The position numbers and the translations under genes were made by a program. A stretch of 37,128 bases of DNA from Candidatus Micrarchaeota archaeon. GTDB taxonomy: Archaea > Micrarchaeota > Micrarchaeia > Micrarchaeales > Micrarchaeaceae. Numbering within the stretch: the first letter of the stretch is position 1; each line of letters opens with the position of its first letter. This document shows positions 1 through 7,851 of this stretch, in pieces. Below the pieces are notes generated by a model, which saw only the letters and a program-made list of their open reading frames with translations, was not told the DNA's origin and made no database searches. The DNA lies in the NCBI GenBank assembly GCA_027327295.1, contig DAHWAI010000015.1, positions 1 through 37,128 of the forward strand, given 5' to 3'.

Positions 1-453
1 CTCGTAGCCAGGGCCTTCGGCGCAAACGGCTTCGTCCTGGAGGGCGACGACGAAAGCATACTGCGCACTGTGAAGGACGTCACGAAGCGCTGGGGAGCGA
101 AAGGCTTCAGGCTTAGCATGACGAAAGACGCCAGGGCGTACGTCGAAAGATGGAAGCGCTACGGCGGCCGCGTGGCACACCTTACCATGTACGGGATCAA
201 CATAGAGAGCATAGAGAGGCTCCCGAGCATCAGGAAGCTACTCGTCGTGGTCGGCGCAGAAAAAGTCGACAGATGGTATTACGACAACGCGGATTACAAC
301 ATAGCGATAGGCAACCAGCCGCATTCCGAGGTCGCGGCACTAGCCATCTTCCTGGACAGGCTCGGCAAGGGTAGGGAGCTGGGGCGCGGCTTCGCTGATG
401 CTAAGCTGAGAATAGTTCCGCAGGCGTCAGGAAAAAAGGTCGTCGAGGCCTAG
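1..453 (+). CDS. trm56: tRNA (cytidine56-2'-O)-methyltransferase aTrm56, 5'-truncated by the window edge
   Basis: The frame is open from nt 1 (LVARAFGANGF...). SPOUT-type motifs typical of aTrm56 are present: HLTMYG, VVVGAEKV, YNIAIGNQPHSEVAALAIFLDRL, and C-terminal IVPQASGKKVVE. Confidence 0.85.
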   Translation, partial: LVARAFGANGFVLEGDDESILRTVKDVTKRWGAKGFRLSMTKDARAYVERWKRYGGRVAHLTMYGINIESIERLPSIRKLLVVVGAEKVDRWYYDNADYNIAIGNQPHSEVAALAIFLDRLGKGRELGRGFADAKLRIVPQASGKKVVEA

Positions 454-461
454 CGCGCCGT

Positions 462-767
462 TCAGGCTACGTCAATGTTGCTCTCCTTGTAGCCAAGGCC
501 TATTAGCACGTTCTTGACCTTGCTTTTGTGGTTGCCCTGAAGCTCTATGACGTTGTCCTTGGCCGTGCCGCCGCACGCAAGCGTGCGCTTCAGGTCCTTG
601 GTCGTGCCGTCAACCTCGCCTGGAGTGATGCCCTCTATTATGGTCATCAGCTTGTTGAACTTCGCCTTCTTGGTGTAGACCTTTATCTTGCTCTCAGCCT
701 CCTTGTCGAGCACATCACAGACGCAGAGTTCCTTAGGCAGTCCGCACTTGGGGCAAATGTCAGTCAT
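462..767 (-). CDS. sui1: translation initiation factor aSUI1 (eIF1 homolog)
   Basis: N-terminal CPKCGLPKELCVC zinc knuckle followed by the SUI1 core (TIIEG..., LKRTLACGGTAKDNVIELQGNH). Its ATG overlaps the uL29 stop (ATGA). Confidence 0.9.
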   Translation of the reverse strand: MTDICPKCGLPKELCVCDVLDKEAESKIKVYTKKAKFNKLMTIIEGITPGEVDGTTKDLKRTLACGGTAKDNVIELQGNHKSKVKNVLIGLGYKESNIDVA

Positions 768-973
768 CCCTGTACCGCACCCCTCTCCTTGAGGATCGTG
801 TTTATCCTAGCGACGGTCTTCTTCAGCTCTCTGGTCTTGACTACCTTGCTCGAGACGCCTGTGCTTGCCACCTTTCTCTTCTCGATGGCCAGCTCTAGCG
901 CGAGCTCGTCTAGCCTTGACTGCAGCGTGTTGCTGGGAAGCGCCCTTAGGTCTTTTATCTTAATAACAAGCAC
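764..973 (-). CDS. rpl29: 50S ribosomal protein uL29 (L29)
   Basis: 69-aa helical protein with IKDLRALPSNTLQSRLDELALELAIEKRKV...RELKKTVARINTILKE, typical of uL29. L29-SUI1 adjacency is conserved in archaea. Confidence 0.8.
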   Translation of the reverse strand: MLVIKIKDLRALPSNTLQSRLDELALELAIEKRKVASTGVSSKVVKTRELKKTVARINTILKERGAVQG

Positions 974-1119
974 CTACTCGATTATAACGCAGTCAAGATA
1001 TTAAAAGCTTTCTGAATGAAGGAGAGGCTTGGCGGGAGCCACGGCGCTTTCCGTAAATTTCCATATATGTAGAAAGACGTTTAAACATATAAGGTATATT
1101 GAAGGCAGGGTGAACGCAC

Positions 1120-2169
1120 ATGTCAAAGGCGGAGCGAGTGGCAGCGGCTGACTGCAAGCGCGCATGGAAAGCTGCAGAGCAGGCCGAGACGCTCGAAGAG
1201 AAAGGCCACCCGGAGAAGGCCGCAAAGCGCATGAGGGAGTGCGCAAATATGATGCGTGGGCTCGGAATGGATGATGAAGCCGACATAAAGTTCAGAAGGG
1301 CTTCTTCGATGTACCTGTCATTGGCGAAAAGTCAGGCAGAGAAGGACAACGGCACATCAGGGAAGTATTACAACGACGCCTCTAACATGCTCGGCTGCAT
1401 ACGCAACAAGCTCCCTGCAGACACCGATGAGATAACTAGGCTCAAGGATATGGCTGGTGGTCTGCTCAGGCGTGCTACTGAAGAAGATCAGGGACTCAAG
1501 CCAAATGCCAAGCTTGAGCTACTCAATAACGCGATCGACGCTGCGACTACAGAAGAGGGCCGGAACGCTGCGGTGGCTGCGTACAGCGAGACCAAGGTCG
1601 GGATAGAAGGAGTGGAAAGGTCTGCCATAGGCAGCCTGCTAAAACGTTCTGCGACGTTCAGCACCACTGGTGTGAATGACGCAAGCAGCAGCGTAGAAGA
1701 GAGCAAGGCGTTAGCCATGGCCAACGAACACGTTACCAAGGCCAAAAAGTTTGAAAGAAAGCAGCCGCTCCTCGCCGCGAACCATTTCATGACTGCAGCT
1801 GAGATTTTAATCAACAGAAAAATGATGGACGAAGCTGCACCGCACTTGGAGCGTGCGATAGACCTGTTCAACATTGTCTTCGAAACTGCACAAAGGAAAG
1901 ACAACATAATAGAGGCAACCAACGCTCTGAAAAGGCTTGCCCAGGCCCACAGGGCGAAGGGCAACGACGAGATGGCGGTAAGTTACATCAGGAGGTGCTC
2001 CAACATGTACGCAGCAGAGGGGGAGCGAGAGTTCAAAAAGAAGCATTTCGGCGCTGCCAAGAGCAACGTGGAGAACGCAATAAAGATTCTTAAGAAGGCC
2101 GGGCTTGAGGCCGACGCTAAGGGGCACTACCGGCTGCTGAATGATATTAACTCCAGATTAGGAGTATAA
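1120..2169 (+). CDS. hypothetical all-alpha repeat protein (TPR/SNAP-like helical hairpins)
   Basis: 349-aa ORF with an ATG start and recurring A..A..Y/F...G....A helical-hairpin patterns (for example LAANHFMTAAEILINRKMMDEAAPHLERAIDLF and EATNALKRLAQAHRAKGNDEMAVSYIRRCSNMY). I recognise no family. Confidence 0.55.
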   Translation: MSKAERVAAADCKRAWKAAEQAETLEEKGHPEKAAKRMRECANMMRGLGMDDEADIKFRRASSMYLSLAKSQAEKDNGTSGKYYNDASNMLGCIRNKLPADTDEITRLKDMAGGLLRRATEEDQGLKPNAKLELLNNAIDAATTEEGRNAAVAAYSETKVGIEGVERSAIGSLLKRSATFSTTGVNDASSSVEESKALAMANEHVTKAKKFERKQPLLAANHFMTAAEILINRKMMDEAAPHLERAIDLFNIVFETAQRKDNIIEATNALKRLAQAHRAKGNDEMAVSYIRRCSNMYAAEGEREFKKKHFGAAKSNVENAIKILKKAGLEADAKGHYRLLNDINSRLGV

Positions 2170-2180
2170 GGAGTGGCAGA

Positions 2181-2972
2181 ATGGTAGAAAACAAGACAAT
2201 AGAACACAAGATTGCAACACCTGCAAACGTTCCGGCAGCAGTGGCAAGCGCAGTGGGCAAGTATCTCAGGGAGGGCGAAACCATAGAAGATGTTTTCGAT
2301 AGTGTGAAATACAAGTTCAAATCGCACCATGTTTTGTCGAGGAACAAATTTAAGGCCGGCGGAAAGGCAAAGAACTTTGTAGTCACGGAGTACAAAGGTG
2401 AGGAGGCGCCGGCGAGGGCACTGCTCTTGAGACGCAACTACAAACCGATTAAGGCACATAACAACGGCGGAACGAGGAAGGTTTCGATACTTAGCGGCGA
2501 GGCACAGGGCGCTTTGAAGATGGCTATTAACTATGGTGGGACCTCTATGGCCATTGGCTACGCAGAAATCGCCTTCAGCCCGTCGTGGATCTTCGACAAC
2601 ATGGTAGACCTTGGCAGGATGCGTGGTGATGAGAAGGGGTTCTTGGCCAAGCGCGGGAAGGAAGCACAGGAGCGAGGGGGAAACCTTAAAGAGCGCTTCG
2701 TTTCGTACGTCAGGACGCCGTTCGTCTGGCTCGAGGCTAAGGACATAGAGCTAAAGGGACACAAGATAAGAATGAATGTGGCACTTGTCGATCAGGAGAC
2801 CAAGGCAGAGCATGGCGCCACCTCTGTTGAGGACGTAGCCGCATCAATGGGCTTGGGAAAGAGTAAGTCGTCTGGGAAGGAGATCAGGGCTTTCCAGTAC
2901 ACTCTGACCCTGAAGTCGAAGCGGGCGCAAGAGCTGTACAGCCTGCTCAACAAGGGTCTGCTGAGGGTCTGA
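2181..2972 (+). CDS. hypothetical protein, co-oriented 11 nt downstream of the helical-repeat gene
   Basis: 263-aa ORF with an ATG preceded by a GGAG-containing stretch. No TM segment and no recognisable motif. Confidence 0.55.
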   Translation: MVENKTIEHKIATPANVPAAVASAVGKYLREGETIEDVFDSVKYKFKSHHVLSRNKFKAGGKAKNFVVTEYKGEEAPARALLLRRNYKPIKAHNNGGTRKVSILSGEAQGALKMAINYGGTSMAIGYAEIAFSPSWIFDNMVDLGRMRGDEKGFLAKRGKEAQERGGNLKERFVSYVRTPFVWLEAKDIELKGHKIRMNVALVDQETKAEHGATSVEDVAASMGLGKSKSSGKEIRAFQYTLTLKSKRAQELYSLLNKGLLRV

Positions 2973-2984
2973 GCGCAAAGGCGC

Positions 2985-3614
2985 TCACGGCTCCATGCTA
3001 TCCCGAATCTCCTTGAGTGTAGCAGTGTCGTCCGACGATATGTATGGCGTGGTGTCTAGGTCCTTCGGGCTCCTGATGAGCTTCGCCGCACTGACCTCGG
3101 AGAGGTGCCTGTTCACCTCCTTGCTATACTCGCTCCATGAGACGCCCATTGACTCCACGTATGCGCGCTCAGTTCTGTTGGCTATCTCGTGCGCGTATGG
3201 GTAGTCATAGGCGCTGTCGACGAGCCACTTCTCAGTGAGCTCGTGGTGCCTGCCTATGCTCTCGTGCGCATTGACTTTTTTACCTGCAACCTCTATCTCC
3301 TTCGGAAAGTTCGAGTCCATGTAGATGGTGGAGCCGTCGCGCGAGTAGCCGCCCGTGTACTTTATATTGTACGTCGCGTCTATCTTGACACCCACGCCGG
3401 ACTTTATTTCCTTTATCTCACCGATGTCCTTGCCATCCTTGTAGACGTGCTTATCACCCACCTGGACTATGTCGTTGGCCTTCAGCTCCACCGAGGCGAA
3501 CATTGTTATGTATGTCGGGACCTTGAAGTTTATCGCCCTGACGACGAACAAAGGCTGCGCCTCCCGAGCCTGTGCAGGCACCTTGTGCATTTCGATTATT
3601 TCGTAATCTTCCAT
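2985..3614 (-). CDS. hypothetical protein (orphan); probably a leaderless transcript
   Basis: The ORF runs to 3635, but a TTTATAAA box abuts that ATG, and the in-frame ATG at 3614 (MEDYEII...) lies about 25 nt downstream of the box. No recognised domain. Confidence 0.5.
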   Translation of the reverse strand: MEDYEIIEMHKVPAQAREAQPLFVVRAINFKVPTYITMFASVELKANDIVQVGDKHVYKDGKDIGEIKEIKSGVGVKIDATYNIKYTGGYSRDGSTIYMDSNFPKEIEVAGKKVNAHESIGRHHELTEKWLVDSAYDYPYAHEIANRTERAYVESMGVSWSEYSKEVNRHLSEVSAAKLIRSPKDLDTTPYISSDDTATLKEIRDSMEP

Positions 3615-3634
3615 CGATTGCGCTTGTGTGCGCA

Positions 3635-3642
3635 TTTATAAA
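3635..3642 (-). promoter_or_regulatory. TATA box candidate (TTTATAAA) for the 2985..3614 gene
   Basis: Palindromic TTTATAAA centred about 25 nt upstream of the ATG at 3614, the spacing expected for an archaeal leaderless mRNA. Confidence 0.4.
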
Positions 3643-3719
3643 TTGTTTCCGTTCGCTATGGCTATGGGACACGTCCAGGATTGCGCGGCGTTTACCTATC
3701 CTTCAGATGGGAGAGGACG

Positions 3720-3929
3720 TCAAAGTATGTGCAGGAACCCCAGCAGGACGAGCACCAGCATGAATGCAATGTACACCCTGAGAAATATGAACGCCACCCG
3801 ATAGACGCCCCTAATTTTTGCCCTCGGCACCGGGATTTTCGAATAGTCGCGTATCTTCTCGCGCTTCAGGAAGTTCTCCCAGTCCCTTTCGTTCTTTATG
3901 AACTGGTATTCACCTTTGTCAGAGTCCAT
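3720..3929 (-). CDS. small membrane protein (one C-terminal TM helix) downstream of the NRAMP gene
   Basis: The ATG at 3929 lies 10 nt after the NRAMP stop and is preceded by GGTGAT (SD-like). The C-terminus VAFIFLRVYIAFMLVLVLLGFL is hydrophobic. Confidence 0.45.
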   Translation of the reverse strand: MDSDKGEYQFIKNERDWENFLKREKIRDYSKIPVPRAKIRGVYRVAFIFLRVYIAFMLVLVLLGFLHIL

Positions 3930-3939
3930 GAACAATCAC

Positions 3940-5337
3940 CTAAATTGCGCCGGGAAACAGTATTGTTATTCCGTATAGCGCGCTCATGCTTATCAGCACG
4001 GCCATTATTATTATTGTGCCGGCGTTCTCCCACCTCTTGTTGACGTACTTTCCCATTATATCCCTGTCGTTCGCGAGGAGCAGCAGGAACAGGAGGGCTG
4101 CGGGCATGAAGATCGATGCGACCACCTGCACCGTTATGTTAAGGAACCCGAGCGGCATGTTGGGCACGAGCACTATCGCCGCAGCTATCAACACGCTGGC
4201 TATTCCGGGCAAGTAGAACTTCCTTCCCTGCCGAAACGGCAGGTTTATACTCTTGGGCCATTTGAACGCCTCCCCGACGGCCCATGAGGTGCTTGCAGTG
4301 AGCGCTATCGCGGCTATGAGCCCCGCGTCTATGAGCCCCAAGGCGAACAGTTTTGTAGGCAGCAGGCCGACCTTATGCGATACTGTGCTTAGTATTGCAG
4401 CTATGCTGTAGTGCGCGGTGTTCGTAGCGCTGGTGACCTGCGCGCCGTTGAAGACCAGCGTGCCGGTGAATATAATTATAGATACGGCGACGGCAGACAT
4501 TACGCAGGCGCCTATGAACGTGTCGCGCCTCCCGGCGCCTATGTCCTCCGGCACGGTGCCCTTGTCAACCTCCGAGCTCTGCTGGAAGAACAGCATCCAT
4601 GGCGCTATCGTCGTGCCGAGGTTCGCGAGCAGCACGTACAGGAAGAGCTGGGTTATTCCGCCGTCGACGTGCCACGTGGCGAAGGCGCTCGCCACGACTG
4701 ACCAGTTAGGATGCGCAAACAGCACGAGGGGCAGGAACACCAGGTTGAAGAGCGCGATTATGAGGCTCACGCGCTCCCACCTGTGGTAGCGGAGCATGAG
4801 CGTAACCGCCAGTACGAACAGTACCCCAACCAGCACCGCGATAGGGCGGCTCACGCCGAACAAGCTCATGCCGAACGATATGCCGATAAACTCAGTCACC
4901 ATCGTCAGCGAGTTAGCTATAAGCAGGTCTATTAGGGAGAACGCCCCCCAGAAACTGCCGTATCTGCGCCATATCATCTCGGCGTGGCCGCGCCTTGTCA
5001 CCGCGGCGAGCCTCACCGTCATCTCCTGCACGAAATATGCAGTTGGCACCATCAGCACCATCAGAGGGATGAAGAATCCGATCCCGAAGATTGATCCAGT
5101 CTGCGCGTACGTTATCACGCCGCCGGCGTCGTTGTCGGCGATCATGACGAGCAGGCCAGGCCCTATGAGCGCGACCAGCAGCATAATCTTAGTGAGAAGA
5201 CCTTTCGTGTGCCTGAGCCTCGTGACCCTCAGCCTGTCCTTAGCCCTCAGCCTCAGCTCAACAGGCAGCTCCTCGAGCTTCTTGTTGATATCAAAAGGTG
5301 CATTTTCAGAGGGCGGGAGGAGCTTCACATCTGCCAT
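3940..5337 (-). CDS. NRAMP/SLC11-family transporter with an NRMT-like (Mg2+-type) metal-site variant
   Basis: About 11 TM helices. The TM1 motif is DAGG (canonical DPGN) and the TM6 motif is GTTIAPW (canonical GAxIMPH). The first ATG is at 5337; the ORF-track start at 5343 is TTG. Confidence 0.85.
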   Translation of the reverse strand: MADVKLLPPSENAPFDINKKLEELPVELRLRAKDRLRVTRLRHTKGLLTKIMLLVALIGPGLLVMIADNDAGGVITYAQTGSIFGIGFFIPLMVLMVPTAYFVQEMTVRLAAVTRRGHAEMIWRRYGSFWGAFSLIDLLIANSLTMVTEFIGISFGMSLFGVSRPIAVLVGVLFVLAVTLMLRYHRWERVSLIIALFNLVFLPLVLFAHPNWSVVASAFATWHVDGGITQLFLYVLLANLGTTIAPWMLFFQQSSEVDKGTVPEDIGAGRRDTFIGACVMSAVAVSIIIFTGTLVFNGAQVTSATNTAHYSIAAILSTVSHKVGLLPTKLFALGLIDAGLIAAIALTASTSWAVGEAFKWPKSINLPFRQGRKFYLPGIASVLIAAAIVLVPNMPLGFLNITVQVVASIFMPAALLFLLLLANDRDIMGKYVNKRWENAGTIIIMAVLISMSALYGITILFPGAI

Positions 5338-5399
5338 CAGCAATAAAGAGACAGAAAGTTAAAAATATGTTTGTAGAGAGATGCGTGTCGCGACAGTGT

Positions 5400-6164
5400 T
5401 CATTGCAGCGGGCGCATCGCAGAATATCCATAGATTATGTGCTTCGCGCTGGCGCCGCCATGAAAACGCGCAGCGATCCTTTCCAGTATTTCTTCAACCG
5501 TCAGCTTCTTCGAGCAGACCACCACGCGGTTGCCGGAGTGCTCTGGTGCTCCAATTGCGTACATCGAGAAACGCCCCTTAAGCAGCGACATAGCCTCCTT
5601 CAGCAATTCAGAATTCCTGCTGTCGAGTATGTAGTTGATGGCAAAGACGCCGCGTTCCGAGAGTGCTTGGTGTGCCGCCCTTATGAACGGGCCGTCCATG
5701 AATGTGCCAGCCAGCGCGTACGTCCTGTACGGGTCCAGGATGATGATGTCGTAGCTGTCAGGCCGGAGTCCCTTGACGAACTCGCTGCCGTCAGCTATTA
5801 TAATGCGTGAGCGCAGAGGCTTAGGCAGGAAAGCCTTGGAGAGCATCGCAACGGCCTCGCTTATCTCGACCACGTCGATGTGCACCCTGTCGCCGTAGAG
5901 CGCCTCCAGCTGGTACGGTATTGTGCCCCCTCCCAACCCTATGACGAGCACCCTTGCATTATCATAGAGCGCGGGCAGCGGGGAGAAGTAGTCCCAATAG
6001 GCGCCGGTGAACAATTCGGGGCCCAGCCTCGATAGTATTATGTCATTACACATGAAGACGCGCTCGCGTCCACGAGCAATGATTCTTATCGTGTCAGTGC
6101 CGTCCTTGACCTGCGCCACCACCTTCCCGGAGATTAGCTCACGGATGCGATTGAGGATGTGCAT
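5400..6164 (-). CDS. spermidine/spermine synthase-like class I methyltransferase-fold protein
   Basis: VLVIGLGGGTIPYQL nucleotide-binding loop, VDVVEISE, and DIIILDPY resembling the aminopropyltransferase acidic motifs. The ATG at 6164 lies 8 nt after the carS stop. Confidence 0.55.
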   Translation of the reverse strand: MHILNRIRELISGKVVAQVKDGTDTIRIIARGRERVFMCNDIILSRLGPELFTGAYWDYFSPLPALYDNARVLVIGLGGGTIPYQLEALYGDRVHIDVVEISEAVAMLSKAFLPKPLRSRIIIADGSEFVKGLRPDSYDIIILDPYRTYALAGTFMDGPFIRAAHQALSERGVFAINYILDSRNSELLKEAMSLLKGRFSMYAIGAPEHSGNRVVVCSKKLTVEEILERIAARFHGGASAKHIIYGYSAMRPLQ

Positions 6165-6172
6165 CTGCACAC

Positions 6173-6682
6173 CTACCAAGGTACATCCTTGAGCTTCAGC
6201 CGGTGCGCGGCGATGTTGGTGAGCGGGTGCATCACGCCCGTGAGCACGATGAGGAAGAGCATGCCGTACGCGTGCGGCATGTTTCCGAGCCAGAACGCGA
6301 ACAGAAGCGCTGCGGCGAAGAAGCCATATTGGTCTATCACGGGCAGGATCCTGCCGGGCTTGAAGCCGAGCCTGCGCTTCGCGAAACTACCGGCCAGGTC
6401 GCCAAAGTTGGCCCCTATCGTCAGCATTATCGCTATAGGGAGCATATAGTGCAGGAATGGGTACTCAATAAGGCCGACGGCGATGCCTGCGGCAAGGCTG
6501 GATAACGTTCCGCGCATCGTCTTGTGGTCACCGAAGATGCGCTTGCCGCGAAGCTTTCTGCCGAGGTCAAGGGGTTTGCCTCTGCCGAATAACACCGGAG
6601 CGCCGTTAGCTGCGTATGCCGGAAAGATGTAGATAATAGGGTACAGCACGACGGCGAATAGTACGGCGTAGAGCTGGTACAC
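6173..6682 (-). CDS. carS: CDP-archaeol synthase (CarS, DUF46 family)
   Basis: Polytopic 169-aa protein with FPAYAANGAPVLFGRGKPLDLGRKLRGKRIFGDHKTMRGTL, characteristic of CarS. GTG start. Confidence 0.75.
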   Translation of the reverse strand: MYQLYAVLFAVVLYPIIYIFPAYAANGAPVLFGRGKPLDLGRKLRGKRIFGDHKTMRGTLSSLAAGIAVGLIEYPFLHYMLPIAIMLTIGANFGDLAGSFAKRRLGFKPGRILPVIDQYGFFAAALLFAFWLGNMPHAYGMLFLIVLTGVMHPLTNIAAHRLKLKDVPW

Positions 6683-6712
6683 TGAATCACGTGAACAGTG
6701 TGCGCGAAGGAG

Positions 6713-7225
6713 TCATACCCTCCTTCCGCGCTTGCCTCCGGGCCTCCTCGTCGTGTCGGTAGGTATAGGCGTGACGTCCTCTATCCTGTTGACGCGTAAG
6801 CCACTCCTTGCGAGTACCCTGACGACGGCCTGCGCCCCTGGGCCAGGGGTCTTCGAGCTGTGACCGCCTGGGGCCCTTATCTCGATGTTGATGTTGGTTA
6901 CGCCCTTCTCTTTGGCAGCTGCTGCGACCTTGTACGCTGCCTGCATCGCTGCGTACGGCGAGCCTTCCTGCGAGTCTGCATTGACTATCATGCCGCCGCT
7001 CCCGACCGCTATTGTCTCGGCGCCGCTCATGTCAGTAAGTGTTATTATAGTGTCGTTCTTCGAGGAATAGACGTGTGCGACTGCCCAGCGTTCGGACCTC
7101 GGCTTGACCCTCGCCTCCTCCATCGCCTTTGCTTCGTATGAGATTTCTTCCTTCTTTTTCTTCGTCTCCTGAGCCACGGGCTTCGCCGGGGCCTTGGTTT
7201 TCTTAGCCGATGCTTTCTTTGCCAT
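6713..7225 (-). CDS. rps11: 30S ribosomal protein uS11 with a Lys-rich N-terminal extension
   Basis: Core [25 protein letters not shown]...[30 protein letters not shown]. The ATG at 7225 gives [16 protein letters not shown]... Confidence 0.9.
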   Translation of the reverse strand: MAKKASAKKTKAPAKPVAQETKKKKEEISYEAKAMEEARVKPRSERWAVAHVYSSKNDTIITLTDMSGAETIAVGSGGMIVNADSQEGSPYAAMQAAYKVAAAAKEKGVTNINIEIRAPGGHSSKTPGPGAQAVVRVLARSGLRVNRIEDVTPIPTDTTRRPGGKRGRRV

Positions 7226-7241
7226 TATAAACACCAATGCA

Positions 7242-7844
7242 TCATGAAGCTGAAGCCGATGCCTCAGCTGGTGGCTCCTTCGCCTCGTCGTTCACCGCGG
7301 GCGCCTGCTGCGCCTGCGCCCCTGACTCTTCGGGGCTTCCTGCAGTGCCAGTCTTTGGCAGCGGCATCGTTATGTCGATGTGCTTGAAGTATCCTATGCC
7401 CTGCTCCTCCGCCGCTGGCACCATGTATCCAGGCCTGTCCACCTTGCGGCCGTTTATCGATATAAATCCGTGCACTATGAGCTGCCTCGCCTGCTTCATG
7501 CTCCTTGCAAGGCCCTTCCTGAACACGACCGTCTGCAGGCGCCTCGACAGCATCGCCTGCTCGTTGAGGTCGAGCAGCTTCTCTAGCTGCGTCTCCTGCG
7601 GGGCAATTCCGAGCCTCGACAGCCTGCTTATTATGCTGCGCTCGACCACCTCGGAGCCGTTACCAGCGAGCAGGTTCCTGACGTTGCTCCTGAGCCTGCT
7701 GATCTCGTGCTGCGCCTTCCACAGCTCCTTCATGTTCTTCAGGCCGAACTCCTTTATGAGCGCATTGTCCGCGTTTATCCTAGCAAGGTTCCAGATGTCC
7801 TTGGGCTTGTCGTACTTCCGCCTGTTTCTCTTTGGTGATCCCAT
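7242..7844 (-). CDS. rps4: 30S ribosomal protein uS4 with an acidic/Ala-rich C-terminal tail
   Basis: [19 protein letters not shown]..., S4 RNA-binding domain [38 protein letters not shown]. Confidence 0.9.
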   Translation of the reverse strand: MGSPKRNRRKYDKPKDIWNLARINADNALIKEFGLKNMKELWKAQHEISRLRSNVRNLLAGNGSEVVERSIISRLSRLGIAPQETQLEKLLDLNEQAMLSRRLQTVVFRKGLARSMKQARQLIVHGFISINGRKVDRPGYMVPAAEEQGIGYFKHIDITMPLPKTGTAGSPEESGAQAQQAPAVNDEAKEPPAEASASAS

Positions 7845-7851
7845 CTAACCA

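Noticed and set aside
2985-3635. Possible metalloprotease (HESIGRHHELTE, YAHEIAN)
   Set aside because: There is no true HExxH or other canonical zinc-protease spacing. The His and Glu clustering alone is insufficient.
7237-7848. 203-aa plus-strand ORF
   Set aside because: It is exactly antisense to the unambiguous uS4 gene and is Ser/Cys/Leu-rich shadow sequence. The same reasoning applies to 528-1004, 4796-5362, 10728-11222, 11223-11663, 19215-19844 and 35286-36180.
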